A DNA stretch of 62,836 bases, the filler included, from Dimargaris cristalligena (lineage: Eukaryota), in the NCBI GenBank assembly GCA_003614675.1. It is 2 parts of 2 records of this genome, joined end to end, with 100 filler letters (N's around TTAATTAATTAA, not from the genome) between each part and the next. Parts side by side here need not be neighbours in the genome. Positions count along the whole stretch, not along the records: positions 31,476 to 62,836 come from ML002443.1; 1 more part is not named here. One strand, 5' to 3'. Shown one piece after another: positions 40,185 to 51,227 of the stretch. The notes under the pieces were generated by a model. It saw only the letters and a program-made list of their open reading frames with translations. It was not told the origin of the DNA and searched no databases. A program made the translations under genes and the position numbers. Position 1 is the first letter of the stretch. Each line of letters begins with the position of its first letter.

Positions 40185-40673
40185 ATGAGTGCTCCTATTG
40201 TCCCCGTCTACATGGACCCCGAGGAACTGGCCGTTCTGGTTCAGGATCCCGCCAAGGTGCCGAAGAAGGACTACCTGGTCATTGACGTGCGCACCACGGA
40301 CTACGTTGGCGGCCACATTCCCGGTGGTATTAACCTACCTGCCTCCCAGTTTTACGGGTTTCTCGAATACATCAACGCCAACTTTGCCACCGTCCCGCTC
40401 ATTGTGGTTCACTGTGCCCTTTCCCAGGTCCGTGGCCCCAAGTCGGCCCGCATTCTCACCGAGTATTTTCAAACCCGGGCCCGGACCAGTCCAAACCCGA
40501 CCGCCAGTGGGACCGAGGACAAGGAAGCCCCAGCGACGGGGACCGCCCCTGCTTTACCCCAGGTCAAGATCCTCCGGGGTGGCATTACCGACTGGGTGGC
40601 CAAGTACAAGGACGTCCCTGGTATGATTGAGGACTTCGACGCCGAGCTCTGGGAGTCGGAACTAATGTACTAG
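40185..40673 (+). CDS. Rhodanese-fold Cdc25-like phosphatase / arsenate reductase (Ych1/Ibp1/Acr2 family), intronless
   Basis: VIDVRTTDYVGGHIPG, active-site loop HCALSQVRGP (HCX5R), and ILRGGITDW. Confidence 0.9.
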   Translation: MSAPIVPVYMDPEELAVLVQDPAKVPKKDYLVIDVRTTDYVGGHIPGGINLPASQFYGFLEYINANFATVPLIVVHCALSQVRGPKSARILTEYFQTRARTSPNPTASGTEDKEAPATGTAPALPQVKILRGGITDWVAKYKDVPGMIEDFDAELWESELMY

Positions 40674-41249
40674 CCACTTGCCGTACCTTCGTTTTTATTT
40701 TTTATTTTTCATGTCTTGCCCTCCTCCCACACCCACGCCGATTTGGCCTTACTTGATTGTCCCTTGACGGGATACATAGAGGATCTCGCCCTTTAGGCTT
40801 TGATAGCCTCCCAAAAGAATCACCTCGTCACGTACTTCATCTATTCACCCGCTTGATGCGGGGATAGCTATATATCTTTCAACACCATTACTTACCAAAG
40901 CCGGATCTTTGATCATGATATATAAGGCTCAATAAAGGAATGATCTGCTGCCAGGAGGGTGGTCATTGTTTACCTACACAACTTGATCTAGTACTAATCT
41001 TTATATTATCTGGGATCGAGGGGCCTTATTCGGTGATATTAGGGTGATGGCATGCTAGGATTATCCCGTAGATGGGTTGGATACGCTGCTATATAATAAA
41101 AATATCGGGCCGTGCGAGTAAATATCCAACATGAGAAGCGAATGGGGGACAATGGCATAGGTAATAGTAGTACAATCGATGGCGGGCTTTTTCGTTATGC
41201 ATCTCATCAGGAATAAGCCAGAGGGGAAATTCCTTTGGAAATAAGCATC

Positions 41250-42170
41250 CTAATCGTCTGAATCATCGTCGCGGGGTGGTTGGAGGGATTGCACATAGTT
41301 ATACACCTCAGGATACCGGCAGGCGACAGTGGACTTGAGCTCTCTGGGTAATCATCACGACAACAGTACGGTTCGGTATAAAGTGCAATTGTGATATAAT
41401 CTAATGAGTAGAGGTCTTCGCTGAAAAAAGGACGAGTAAAATATAGTATAGCAGGTAAAGGGACTGGTGGGCAATACACCATAATCTAACATTACCTGAT
41501 CCTCCGATATATGGAGTCGATATCGGTCTTTAGTTCACGAATAGTGTTGGTGTGGTGCTTGAGTTTACCGCTCATTTCGTAGTAAGAGCTCCGACTCAGG
41601 GCGTTGAACTCCATCAGCTCTTCTCGTGCAATACGCAGGGCTTCTTTACTGTTCAGGGTTGGTGGTACAATTGGTCATTGCAGAATCGCCATATAAGCAC
41701 ATAGTACAGGTATGTTGGTTTTAATAGCTCCACCGGGGCAAGGCAGTTCGTCGCAGGCCACCAATATTGGCGTATTAAAGACGAATGCCTCTTTCACAGA
41801 CTATTCCTTTGCTGTAAAGCCACGGTAGGTGGGGGGGAGAGGGTTTGCTTAGGGATAAAGCCCAGAGTTGCTAAGTAGTAATAGGCCTCACTTACGCTTT
41901 AAGCTGCTCCCCGGCAATAGCATCCACCTGTTCATTACTTAAACTGTCAATGAGGGGCGCAAACACCGGTTCCGTTAATGCATCCTCGGACGACAGGTCA
42001 TTGATTGATAGGGTCTGGGCTGGCATGAGGGGGCCGGTCGGTGGGTCTGAGGATGGTGGTAAGTCAAAGTCAAAAAGACCGAGGCTGTTCTGACGCTGTA
42101 CGGGCAAAGCGGTATGCACCGGGAAGGCCGGCGAAACAGGAGGCGGGGATTCGTGTCGGGAAAGACTCAT
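41250..42170 (-). CDS. KXD1: KxDL-motif protein (BLOC-1/BORC subunit Kxd1), 3 exons
   Basis: Exons approx. 42170-41896, 41648-41496, 41343-41250. They translate to ..ELMEFNALSRSSYYEMSGKLKHHTNTIRELKTDIDSIYRRIRELKSTVACRYPEVY..*, matching the KXD1 core. Confidence 0.82.
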
Positions 42171-43069
42171 AATCTGCGGGGTATTTTTACAGTAACGGGG
42201 AGGGGCAAGTCTGAGAAGGGTGAATGTAAAAGCCGAAAGAAACATGTATATAGATGGGTACAAAATTGAACGAGAATGAGAGAGCCAAATGTAGGACAAG
42301 AAACCTCCCATTGAACTTATCCCACACATGGGCTATGGGGACTATCGATAATAAATGCTGTCAGCGTGCTGTTATCTATTCGCGTTACTTATATCTCTCA
42401 ATGGGCAAATCCACAAGACTACAATAACCGAACAATCGCCGTACACATGTGCGGGGATAGCATCAGGCAATAACCTCAATCAGTAAAACTAAAGGAAATT
42501 AAATAGGATCGGCTGGTAGGAATGAATACGAGGAGGAGAAAGGTAGGAAACATAATTCAGTGCTAATACCTCTCCCGTCTACTTCGAAAAAAGTAATCCT
42601 TTTAAGGAAGATTCTGGATTTCCCTTTATTAACATAATGGGGCTGCCAAACAAATTGTCCGTTAGAACGAAACATAATACATGACCAATAAAAATGGAGT
42701 CGGATTATATTTATAAAATGTAATACAAATAATGTCGTGAGGTCGAATCAATATTAGCTTCGCGCTCAAAAAATCAGGACTACTCTCGATTTCTCCAACC
42801 CGGACCACTTCTCTGAAAATGGGAAACATCAAGTCCTTTAAAAATAGAATCGAAAATGGGGGTTTTATTTAAAATATTCCAAAGAATACTCAGGAGCCAT
42901 CATACTAACCGCTTATAATAAAAATGATGTTTTATGTTCAAGGTCGGGCTTCAGCTCGTACTCTGCCACTCGATTGCGTCCGTGCTTTCGTTCCCTATTC
43001 ACGATCGAAGCCTGCAGGATTAATTAAATCTGTCAAACTGCTATCTAGAACCGGTTGGTTTAGGAAGGG

Positions 43070-45340
43070 TCAATGTGGGCATTTGCTAGAGATCCTTCGT
43101 CATCGACGGCCATTGCTATCGAGCAGGATCTCGTTTTGGTGATTTGCTTTCCACTCCACGCTCTCGGTGGCGACTAAAAATTACTTCATTGGGACTGGTG
43201 ACAAGATCTGTTTGAGAGAAATTAGGTAAATTTCGGAAGTGATGGTCGAAGGTGACACGGATAACTATTCTAACCCTAACCCTCCGCCCATTCTGCACTA
43301 AGCAGAAATACTAAAGATATAGCATGTAGAAGAGAGTAGCGCATCATTGGGTAAATGGTTTAGAGATCTTTTCCCACAGCGATTGTTTCGGTTCAAACTT
43401 AGCCAATGTTTCAATGGGATAATGATTAGCGGGGTTTGATTTCATAAACGCCTCCTTGGCAAGATTGGGCGCAAATCTCGGCACATTAAGTACGACGCCT
43501 AGTTCACCACGGGATGATAGGCGAAACCAGTATGATCCCATCTGAAAACGGTGACATGTCACATCGTCCGATTTCAACCAGACATTTTTATCGTTGACCA
43601 GATTGACCAAGTACTTCTTCTGTTTGCTGAGCTCTGAATTCGCCAAGAATTTCCTGTAGCAGCCGAAACTTAGGTTTATCAGAGAGCCCCGTAGTGCCTG
43701 GACAAGTCCAAGCACCTGCTCGCCGTTTTCATCGAGAATGGCGAGAGTAAGGAAGAAGTAAGTGGATTGTAGTCGGTGATATCGAAGATCGCTATCACTA
43801 TTCATCCAAGACAACCGCGGAGTGGCGATATCCGTAAGCTGCAGGTATTGGCTGATTGCAGAGTATTGCTGAGTCTGATAGAGATGGACGATGGCCAAGT
43901 GAATCGACAAGCCCGCAATCACAGAGACGGCCAATTGGGGGTCGTAGTAGAATGCTTTCATGGGCGCCATGCTGAGACCCGATTCAGCCCCTACTTGATC
44001 CAGCCAGTCCTCGAAAAGGGAAGGCTTGCCCCGGTAATTTGTAGCTCGAATGTAGATAGTACTCAGCAACTGCAATGTTTTGGCATTGGCGAACTGGACC
44101 ACGACTGAACTGAGGGCCGGTGAGATACTGTGTAGGGGACTGGCTGGATTTCCCTGGCCGTTTGTAGGTTAGCCGTCCTTCCCTTGGTTTAAAATGATGT
44201 ATTTCCAGTTGGCGCTGGACAAGAGCAAATGGCCCTGGTTGGCAGCCATGAATGGATTAACACAATCATCTAGGTTGGGCTCTGCTGTCCAATAAGCACC
44301 ATCGTCCACTCCTTGCTTGGTATGGCTTTCATAATTGATGGTCCTCATAATCACCTCGACTGCCGTCGTCGATTCCAACGGTGCTACATTGGACCATACT
44401 CTAGCCCATCCTCGGACGGCCTCAGGGTCAAGAGTGGATCCAGCTAATAGCTTGCCAGTTTCATCTAAGAAACCGTTTAACTAGAGTGCATCAAAAAATA
44501 ATAGGTATTTAGTTTAGGATATGAAAACGGCGACATCCACTACTAGCCAGCATAGCCGAACTTGGCCTTTGGAGAAGTGCAGATTGAGTGCTCAACTCTG
44601 ATTGATAATAACGGGAACTTCAGGGTAGTCAGGCCAGCGTAATGGTTGGGAATAGAGGATTTAAGAAAGTACGCACTTTCGTGGTAACCAGCTCCTTAGG
44701 TTTGTTCTTGACACTTCCGTGGATTGACAGCATCGCCATAAGCCAGTCACCGGGTCCCAAAAAGTCGCCTACTTTAGAAATAATCTCATTGGGGATTTCT
44801 TGAGTTCGCTTACCAAGCGTTTGGCGTTGCAAAGTATCAGTGGCAACTAAGCAGTTGGTAAACAACACCAGAATTGCAGCGACTGAGACAATAGCTTTCA
44901 TTATTTTATTTACTGGATAACGAAGAACATCCGAGATTGGTGGGCAGGGGTATATAAAGAGCAAGGTTTAGTAGCCGGGGTATAGGGTGTGGGAATAGTG
45001 TGCCGTAGCTAGGAAATAGGCAAATACAGGAAAGTATTTAGGATGTAAACATGAGTGAATAATATAGCGAGACTTACCAAGAGCAGTGGTTGGGTAGAGG
45101 GGGTAATGGTAATAGGGTGAATAGAAGGGTGGGCGAGTAGTTTACCAAAAATGGGGGGGGGCTGTCTGTATTTATAGGTAATTTTATAGGTAATGATCCT
45201 AAACCCGTGAAAGACACTAACCACGCATATTATAGTATTTGGGTGGGATTATTACAATTGTATAGGGGTTTGAGTGAACTATAAAGGGTGAGATAGGCGG
45301 GAAAATTAATTTGAAGCCAAGAAGAGTTGCCTTGTCAAAC
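43070..45340. repeat. Direct segmental duplication unit A (homologous to ~48400-50660)
   Basis: 3' flank, coding exons, intron, 5'-UTR intron, promoter and MITE all align with the second copy, e.g. aactggaccacgactgaactgagggccggtgagatactgt is identical in both. Confidence 0.88.
43344..44901 (-). pseudogene. Paralog A of the secreted F-box-like protein, disrupted by in-frame nonsense codons
   Basis: Exon 1 44901-44677 and exon 2 from 44480 are colinear with paralog B. An in-frame TAA at 44171-44169 stands where B has CAA, and a TGA at 43346-43344 stands where B has AGA. Confidence 0.78.
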
Positions 45341-45412
45341 ATACGGGTGAAATTTGACCCAACTGTATAGGGTTTTGAATGATATGTGTATGTGATAATA
45401 TATATCAGAGAT
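45237..45412 (-). mobile_element. Two partial, reverse-oriented copies of the 144-bp MITE-like family (45237-~45340 and 45341-45412)
   Basis: 45237-45340 aligns with 50553-50658. 45341 ATACGGGTGAAATTTGACCCAACTGTATAGGGTTTTG matches the reverse complement of the right end of 51084-51227. Confidence 0.6.
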
Positions 45413-48150
45413 CTGCTTCCGCTGGCGGACAAACAAAAGTGAAGTTGATGATAGCAGGCCTCTTGAGGCCGCGATAGACTTCATTTCGTCAGATTTGATG
45501 TATGATGTAAATGGTTTTTTGTAAAAGACGAATCCCTGCTTTAGCAGGTTATATATACTGCTGCTCTAGTCCGGGGCATGCCCTCCCTTATTCTTCCTCA
45601 GACCTTTTGTGAGTCATGAGTACGAATTTTGCTAATGCCTAAATTTGTGATTGGATTGAATAAGCAATTAACTAAATCAACCATCCCGTGCTTATTGAAG
45701 TGGATTGATGCTAAATACTAATGTTTCCAGGTGGGCTTACAAATGATATTGGGTGGGATGCTATCATCAACTTCACTTCTACTGGTCTGCCAGCAGAAGC
45801 AGTTGTCCAAGGGGGAATAACATTCCCATGAAGGACCACTTATACTGGGCTTTCCCAACAGAAGTTTATTGATGAAATTATTTATTGGATAGTACTGAAG
45901 GGACATATTCCAGGGATAGTTGTGGCTGGTAATAATATTATTGGAAGGTAGTTACTGAGGACCAATTGGCACATTGTAGGATATCCTCATCCTTGATTCC
46001 ACAGAGCTTTGCCATTATTGATGACACTACTTAAAATGAGTGGGCTGTGAATTGGGATGTATCAATCCCTGCCTCTTGTAATAATGATTTAAGCCACCAG
46101 GCTAAAGTATCCCCTGAGGCATTGTGGTGACTGTTAAATACTACAAATAGTTTTTGTTAGTCCTGTAGAAGGTGTCTTAAAGGCAGTGACTAGTCTAGGT
46201 ATTTGGCTAGATAATGAACTGGGCAGATGGTAGGATTTTCTTGTAGAGCCCAGAGATTTAATTTTTTATAGTCTCCTTCCTTAACTTGAATGGTCACTAA
46301 ATTCACCAGGATTGGTATAGTAAACTTACTACATTTTTTACTTTCTTTTATTTTTTATCTATTTTTCACATTTATTAGAAGTACACCCCTAATAAGTAAA
46401 TAAGCCCCTGGCCCACTGTGCCCCTATTCACAGTGCAGTTAAAAAAAGTTTTCTCCCTTTCCCTTTTTCCTTCTATTTTTTCACATTAAATTTATTAGTT
46501 ATCCAAGTATTACCTATCCTTTGTGATAACTAGTATAATTATCTGGGAGCTCCCTTTACTTTTCCTTTGCTTAGTTATGCAATCTTCTGGGGCCTTCTCT
46601 CCCTTTCTCTATTATTCATCTATCTTTTTATTTAGGCTTCCCCTTTAGAGTATAAATATTCCCCCTTACTACTGCCTCTTAGAATAGTAAGTCTATTATT
46701 AACTTTCCTATTCTATCATCTATCTTTTAAATAAAGTTCAGTTTTCAAGGATTTAATTTCAGTTCTTTACACTAATAACATTTAGGGCTAACAGATACTG
46801 TTGGAATTATTATTTATTTACTTATTCTAACTGTTCTTCAATGGATGTACCATAGAGGAAGTCCTGGTGTTTATTTATAATGATAGGGACCTGCTGTTAG
46901 AGTTTGCCAGGGAGTTTAATGGCCTTGGCAGTCTGAGAGCAGCATTTAGTTATATACTCTGCAAAGAAGTGGAGCTGGAGGTCAAACAAGCAGGCTAAAT
47001 AATTACAGATGGATGTAGGGTCTTCCCTTTCATCAATTAATTATACTAAGTCACCAATGGATTGGATATTGTGTCCAAAATATTGTTAGTATTTTGACAG
47101 GGTTTTATCAGTAGCTATGTTAATTTGTGCCATTTTAATGGCTGCTAAAAGGTTAAGGTATGGTGGTTTAGTAATCAGTATTGGGTACTGTGGTCCTTGT
47201 TGAATGGACTAATTAGCCCAGTTACTGTTAGCTAAGGGGAGGAAGTTGTGTTCTTCAATATATTGTGTAAGGTACTCTGGGATTTACAACTCCTTTGTGG
47301 TATAGGTAAGGATATGGGGGGCCACATTGCCAAATTCTATATTAACAGGATTACTAATTTGAATATAAGAATCTTCCATATATAAATAAATAGATATGCT
47401 GGCCCTTCTAATCTAACCTAATATGGCTGGATGATTACCCACTATATCAGGCCTTATAGCACCATATTAAACTCCCCATAGTTACCCCTGGTACTATGGG
47501 GTTATTACCTATTACTTATAAACCCCCCAGTTGGGCTCCCCGGTGTTCACACTAATCACTCCACAATCAATCTGTGGAGTCTTCCAGTCCCCATAAAAGT
47601 CTTCCTAATACAAGGACCAGCTGACTGGCTTACTTATCCATAGTTTAGTTATATAGTTCTTCCCTTGGGGCCTCCCTCTAGAGCAGTCCTCTGCATATAT
47701 AAAACTGGGCCCCATTGGGACCAGTTGGGATCCCTAGCTTATTCTTACCCTTAGTTTACCCCCAATAAATAACTATAGACACTTACCCCCTTGTACTGAC
47801 CATAAGTATGCATTGTTACACATCCCTTACCTAGTTGTCCATATTTACTTTATTTAGTTAGTACTATGCCCCTCCCTAATGCTAGTAGCCTGCTTAGCCA
47901 AGTTTAAAGCCCCACCTACTGTTAGAAGTCTATCCCTGGGACTCTTGATGGATTAAGAGTGGATAACCTGGGTAATATAAATAGGGGACATTTTAAATGG
48001 CAATAATGAGAGGGTAAAAAATACCTAAATAACCTAATATAATGGGTTAGAAATAGGGCAGAATAAAAGGCCCATTTGGATATATATATATTTCATTATT
48101 GCCTGCATGACAATTTATTAGACTAATTTTGATACATAATATGGGGGGAC
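45413..48150 (-). mobile_element. Degenerate DIRS1-like (tyrosine recombinase) retroelement relic, probably internally deleted; boundary near 48150 approximate
   Basis: Minus frame ~46290-45878 reads ICPVHYLAKYLD*..LAWWLKSLLQEAGIDTSQFTAHSF*..ILQCANWSSVTTFQ*YY (YR C-terminus). A stop-riddled ORF1-like frame starts at ATG 47991. A ~44-nt inverted repeat links 45413-45456 to 45759-45802. CpG is almost absent. Confidence 0.8.
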
Positions 48151-48399
48151 CATTAAACTGGTCGCAGAGATATAGTTAAAAGAGAAACTAATTTAAAGAG
48201 AAAAAAGAGAAAAGAGAACCTGCGTGCAGCAAAGGGGGAGCACAGGCATGGGGTGATAGGTGAGGTTGGGAGAGACCCAGTGCAAAAAGAGAAAAGATAA
48301 GGAGAAAAGGGTGGTTTGTAAGACCGACTATCCTTATATTGTACTATTGCCATTGGTCAATAAAGGTGGGGTCTCCTCTAAAAAAAGGGGAACACCATC

Positions 48400-50660
48400 T
48401 CAATATGTGGACACTTGCGAGAGGCTATCTATCATTGATGGCCACTGTTACTGAGCAGGACCTCGTCCCGGTGACGTAATTGCCACTCCACGATCTCGGC
48501 GGCAATAACATATTTATTTATTGGGTCCGGTGGCAACACCTGTTTTAGAACAATTGTGCGAATTTCGAAAGTAATTGTCGAAGATAAAAATGATATTCTT
48601 CCAGCCCCCTCCCCTTATTCTGCACAATACAGCAATACAAAAGCAATGGCATTTAGAAGAGAGCGGCGTGTCTTTGGGTAAAAAAATTACCGATCTCTTT
48701 CAATAGCGATTGTTTCGGCTCAAACTTAGCCAACGTTTTAATGGGATAATGGTTAGCGGGTTTAGATTTCATAAACGCTTCCTCGGCGAGTTCAGGCGCA
48801 ACCGTTGACAAATTAATTCCGACGCCTAGTTCACCATGGGATGATAGGCGAAACCAGTACAATCCCTTAGAAATAATTTGGCAAATCCTCCCTTTTGACT
48901 TCAACCAGACATTTTTATCTTTGACCAGATTTTCCAAATACTTTGTCTGTTTTCTGAGACCCAAACCCACCAAGTGCATCTTATAACACCAGAGATTTTT
49001 CCTGTTAGGACTTTTCTGTAATGCCTGGACAAGTTCAAGCACTTGCGCATCGTTTTCATCAAGTGTAACGAGCGTAAGGAAGAAGTAAGTAGCATCTAGT
49101 CGGTAATTTTGAAGCTGAGCGGCATTTCCAGTCTCCATCGCCAATTCTGGAGAGTTAATATTCGGAAGCTGCAGGTATTTTTTGATCTCAGAGTATTGTT
49201 GGGTCTGGTAGAGATGGACGATGGCCAAGTGGATCGACAAGTCTAGCATCACGGTGAAGGCCATTCTGCGGTCTTGATAGCATTTTTGCATATGCGCCAT
49301 CTTGAGACCCACTTCATCCCCTATTTGAGATAGCCAGGCCTCCGCAAGGGAGTTTCCGCCTTGGTAACTGCTAGCTTGAATGTTGATAATACTCAGCAAC
49401 TGCAATGTTTCGGAATTGGCCAACTGGACCACGACTGAACTGAGGGCCGGTGAGATACTGTCTGCGGATCCGCCGGGCCTTCCCATATCATCTTTAGGTT
49501 GCCCGTTATTCGCTTGGTTTAAACGGATGTATTTCCAGTTGGCACTGGTCAAGAGCGGATGGCCCCGGCTGGCGTTAAAGAATGGATTAATACATTTATC
49601 TGGGTCGGATTTTGATCGCGCAAACAACCCTTGATTGGCATACATTTGATGAAAGATGGTATGCTGAACCATGGCGATTAAGGCCGCTGTCGTTTCCACC
49701 GGTGCTAATCTGTACCACACTTTAGCCAGATTTTTGATGGCCTCTAGATCTTGGGTGGGTTCAGAAAACAGCTTACTAGTTTTATCTAAGAAGCTGTTTA
49801 ACTGGAGTGCATCAAAGATAATAGGTACTTAGTTTAGGGGTGGAAACGATGCATCTTCATGTGGTCCACAAAGCCAAATACTGCCTTGGGAAAAGTGCAG
49901 GTTGAGTATACAGCCCTGATTAATGATAACGGGAATTTCGGTGTAGCCGTGTCAGGGGAATAGATGTTGAATATATGACTGATGATGATACTCACTTTAG
50001 GGATAACCTGCGCCTTAGGTATCTTCGCGAGACCTCCGTGGATTACTGATTCCATCATAAGCCAGTCATTGAACTCCAAGTCAGCGCTTATGTTAGCTAG
50101 AATCTCATTGGGGAGTTTTAGAGTTCGTTTCCCAGGCGTCTGGCGTTGCGGGACATCAGTAGCAGCCAAGGAGTCGGTAAACAGCGCCACCATTATATGG
50201 ATTACGGCAATGACTTTCATTTTGGGGTTTACTGGATCAAGAAGTACGCGTGGAGTTGGTGAGGAGGGGTATATAAGGGGCAAGGTTTAGCAGTCGGGAT
50301 ATAGGATGTGGGAATGATGTGCCGTAACTAGGAAATAGGCAGATGTAGGAAATTATTTAGAGTATAGATATGAGTAAATAATATAGCGAGACTTACCAAG
50401 AGCAGTGGTTGGGTAGAAGGGGGAGGGGGTAATGGTAATAGGGTGAATAGAAGGGTTGGCTAGTAGTTTACCAAGAATGAGGGGGCAAGCTGTCCGTATA
50501 TATATAAAATTACCATAAACTCGTGAAGGGTGCTAACCGTGTATATTATAGTATTTGGGTGAAATTAGTGCGACTATATGGGAGTGTGAGTGAAAACTAA
50601 AGGGTGAGATAGGCGGAAAATTCGATTTTAAGCCAATAATAGCTGCCCTGTCCAACATAT
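48400..50660. repeat. Direct segmental duplication unit B (homologous to ~43070-45340)
   Basis: Colinear similarity with unit A across flanks, exons and introns. Confidence 0.88.
48653..50220 (-). CDS. Putative secreted protein with N-terminal F-box-like motif (paralog B, intact, 457 aa, 2 coding exons)
   Basis: Exon 1 50220-49996 (MKVIAVIHIMVALFTDSLAA..GKR TLKLPNEILANISADLEFNDWL) splices in frame (AAA|GTGAGT..CTCCAG|TTA) to exon 2 49801-48653, which is open to its stop. Confidence 0.8.
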
Positions 50661-50696
50661 TTTTCGTTCAAAGGTCTCGGTGAACCTCTCCCATAT
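50553..50696 (-). mobile_element. 144-bp MITE-like element, diverged reverse-oriented copy in the promoter region of paralog B
   Basis: Starts ATTTGGGTGAAATT and ends GGTGAACCTCTCCCATAT. Same length as the other full copies, with internal TTTTTCGTT (reverse complement of AACGAAAAA). Confidence 0.65.
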
Positions 50697-51083
50697 TGAG
50701 TCCACAGTGGCATTGGGGTGATGGAAAAATAGATGTTCGTTTTCAATGAATTGAAGGTGAGCCGCAACAGGTAATACATACGGACTACCCTTGTCCACCC
50801 CTCCCTTTAGGCGACTGGTCAAACCTTTGAATAAAAGAATTCTTAGTTGCCTATTATTGGACTAACTTGATCTCCTCGGATGCTAAGTATTCAATGAAGG
50901 GAGGACGGGAAAGCTCCCGTTGTGCCTAATAAGCCTGATGCGGCGTTTAAATGGATATCGCCAAAGCACCGGAGGTTGAACAGATATCAGGCTAGGAAGG
51001 GATTATACTGCGACCTCCGATTTAAAGTACTTTTGACTCCATCCGTGGTGCCCCGTTCCTGGTAACATAGGCTCATTTCCTTT

Positions 51084-51227
51084 ATATGGGAGAAGTTCAT
51101 CCAAGCTGTATAACGAAAAATTCATTTGATAAGGCCAATATTACTAGTTAAAAATAAATTTCCCATATATTCTCCCATACACATATAATGCAAACCCTTA
51201 TATAGCTGGGCTGAATTTCACCCATAT
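51084..51227 (+). mobile_element. 144-bp MITE-like element, copy 2
   Basis: ATATGGGAGAAGTTCATCCAAGCTGTATAA ... TTATATAGCTGGGCTGAATTTCACCCATAT; colinear with 31775-31918. Confidence 0.72.
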
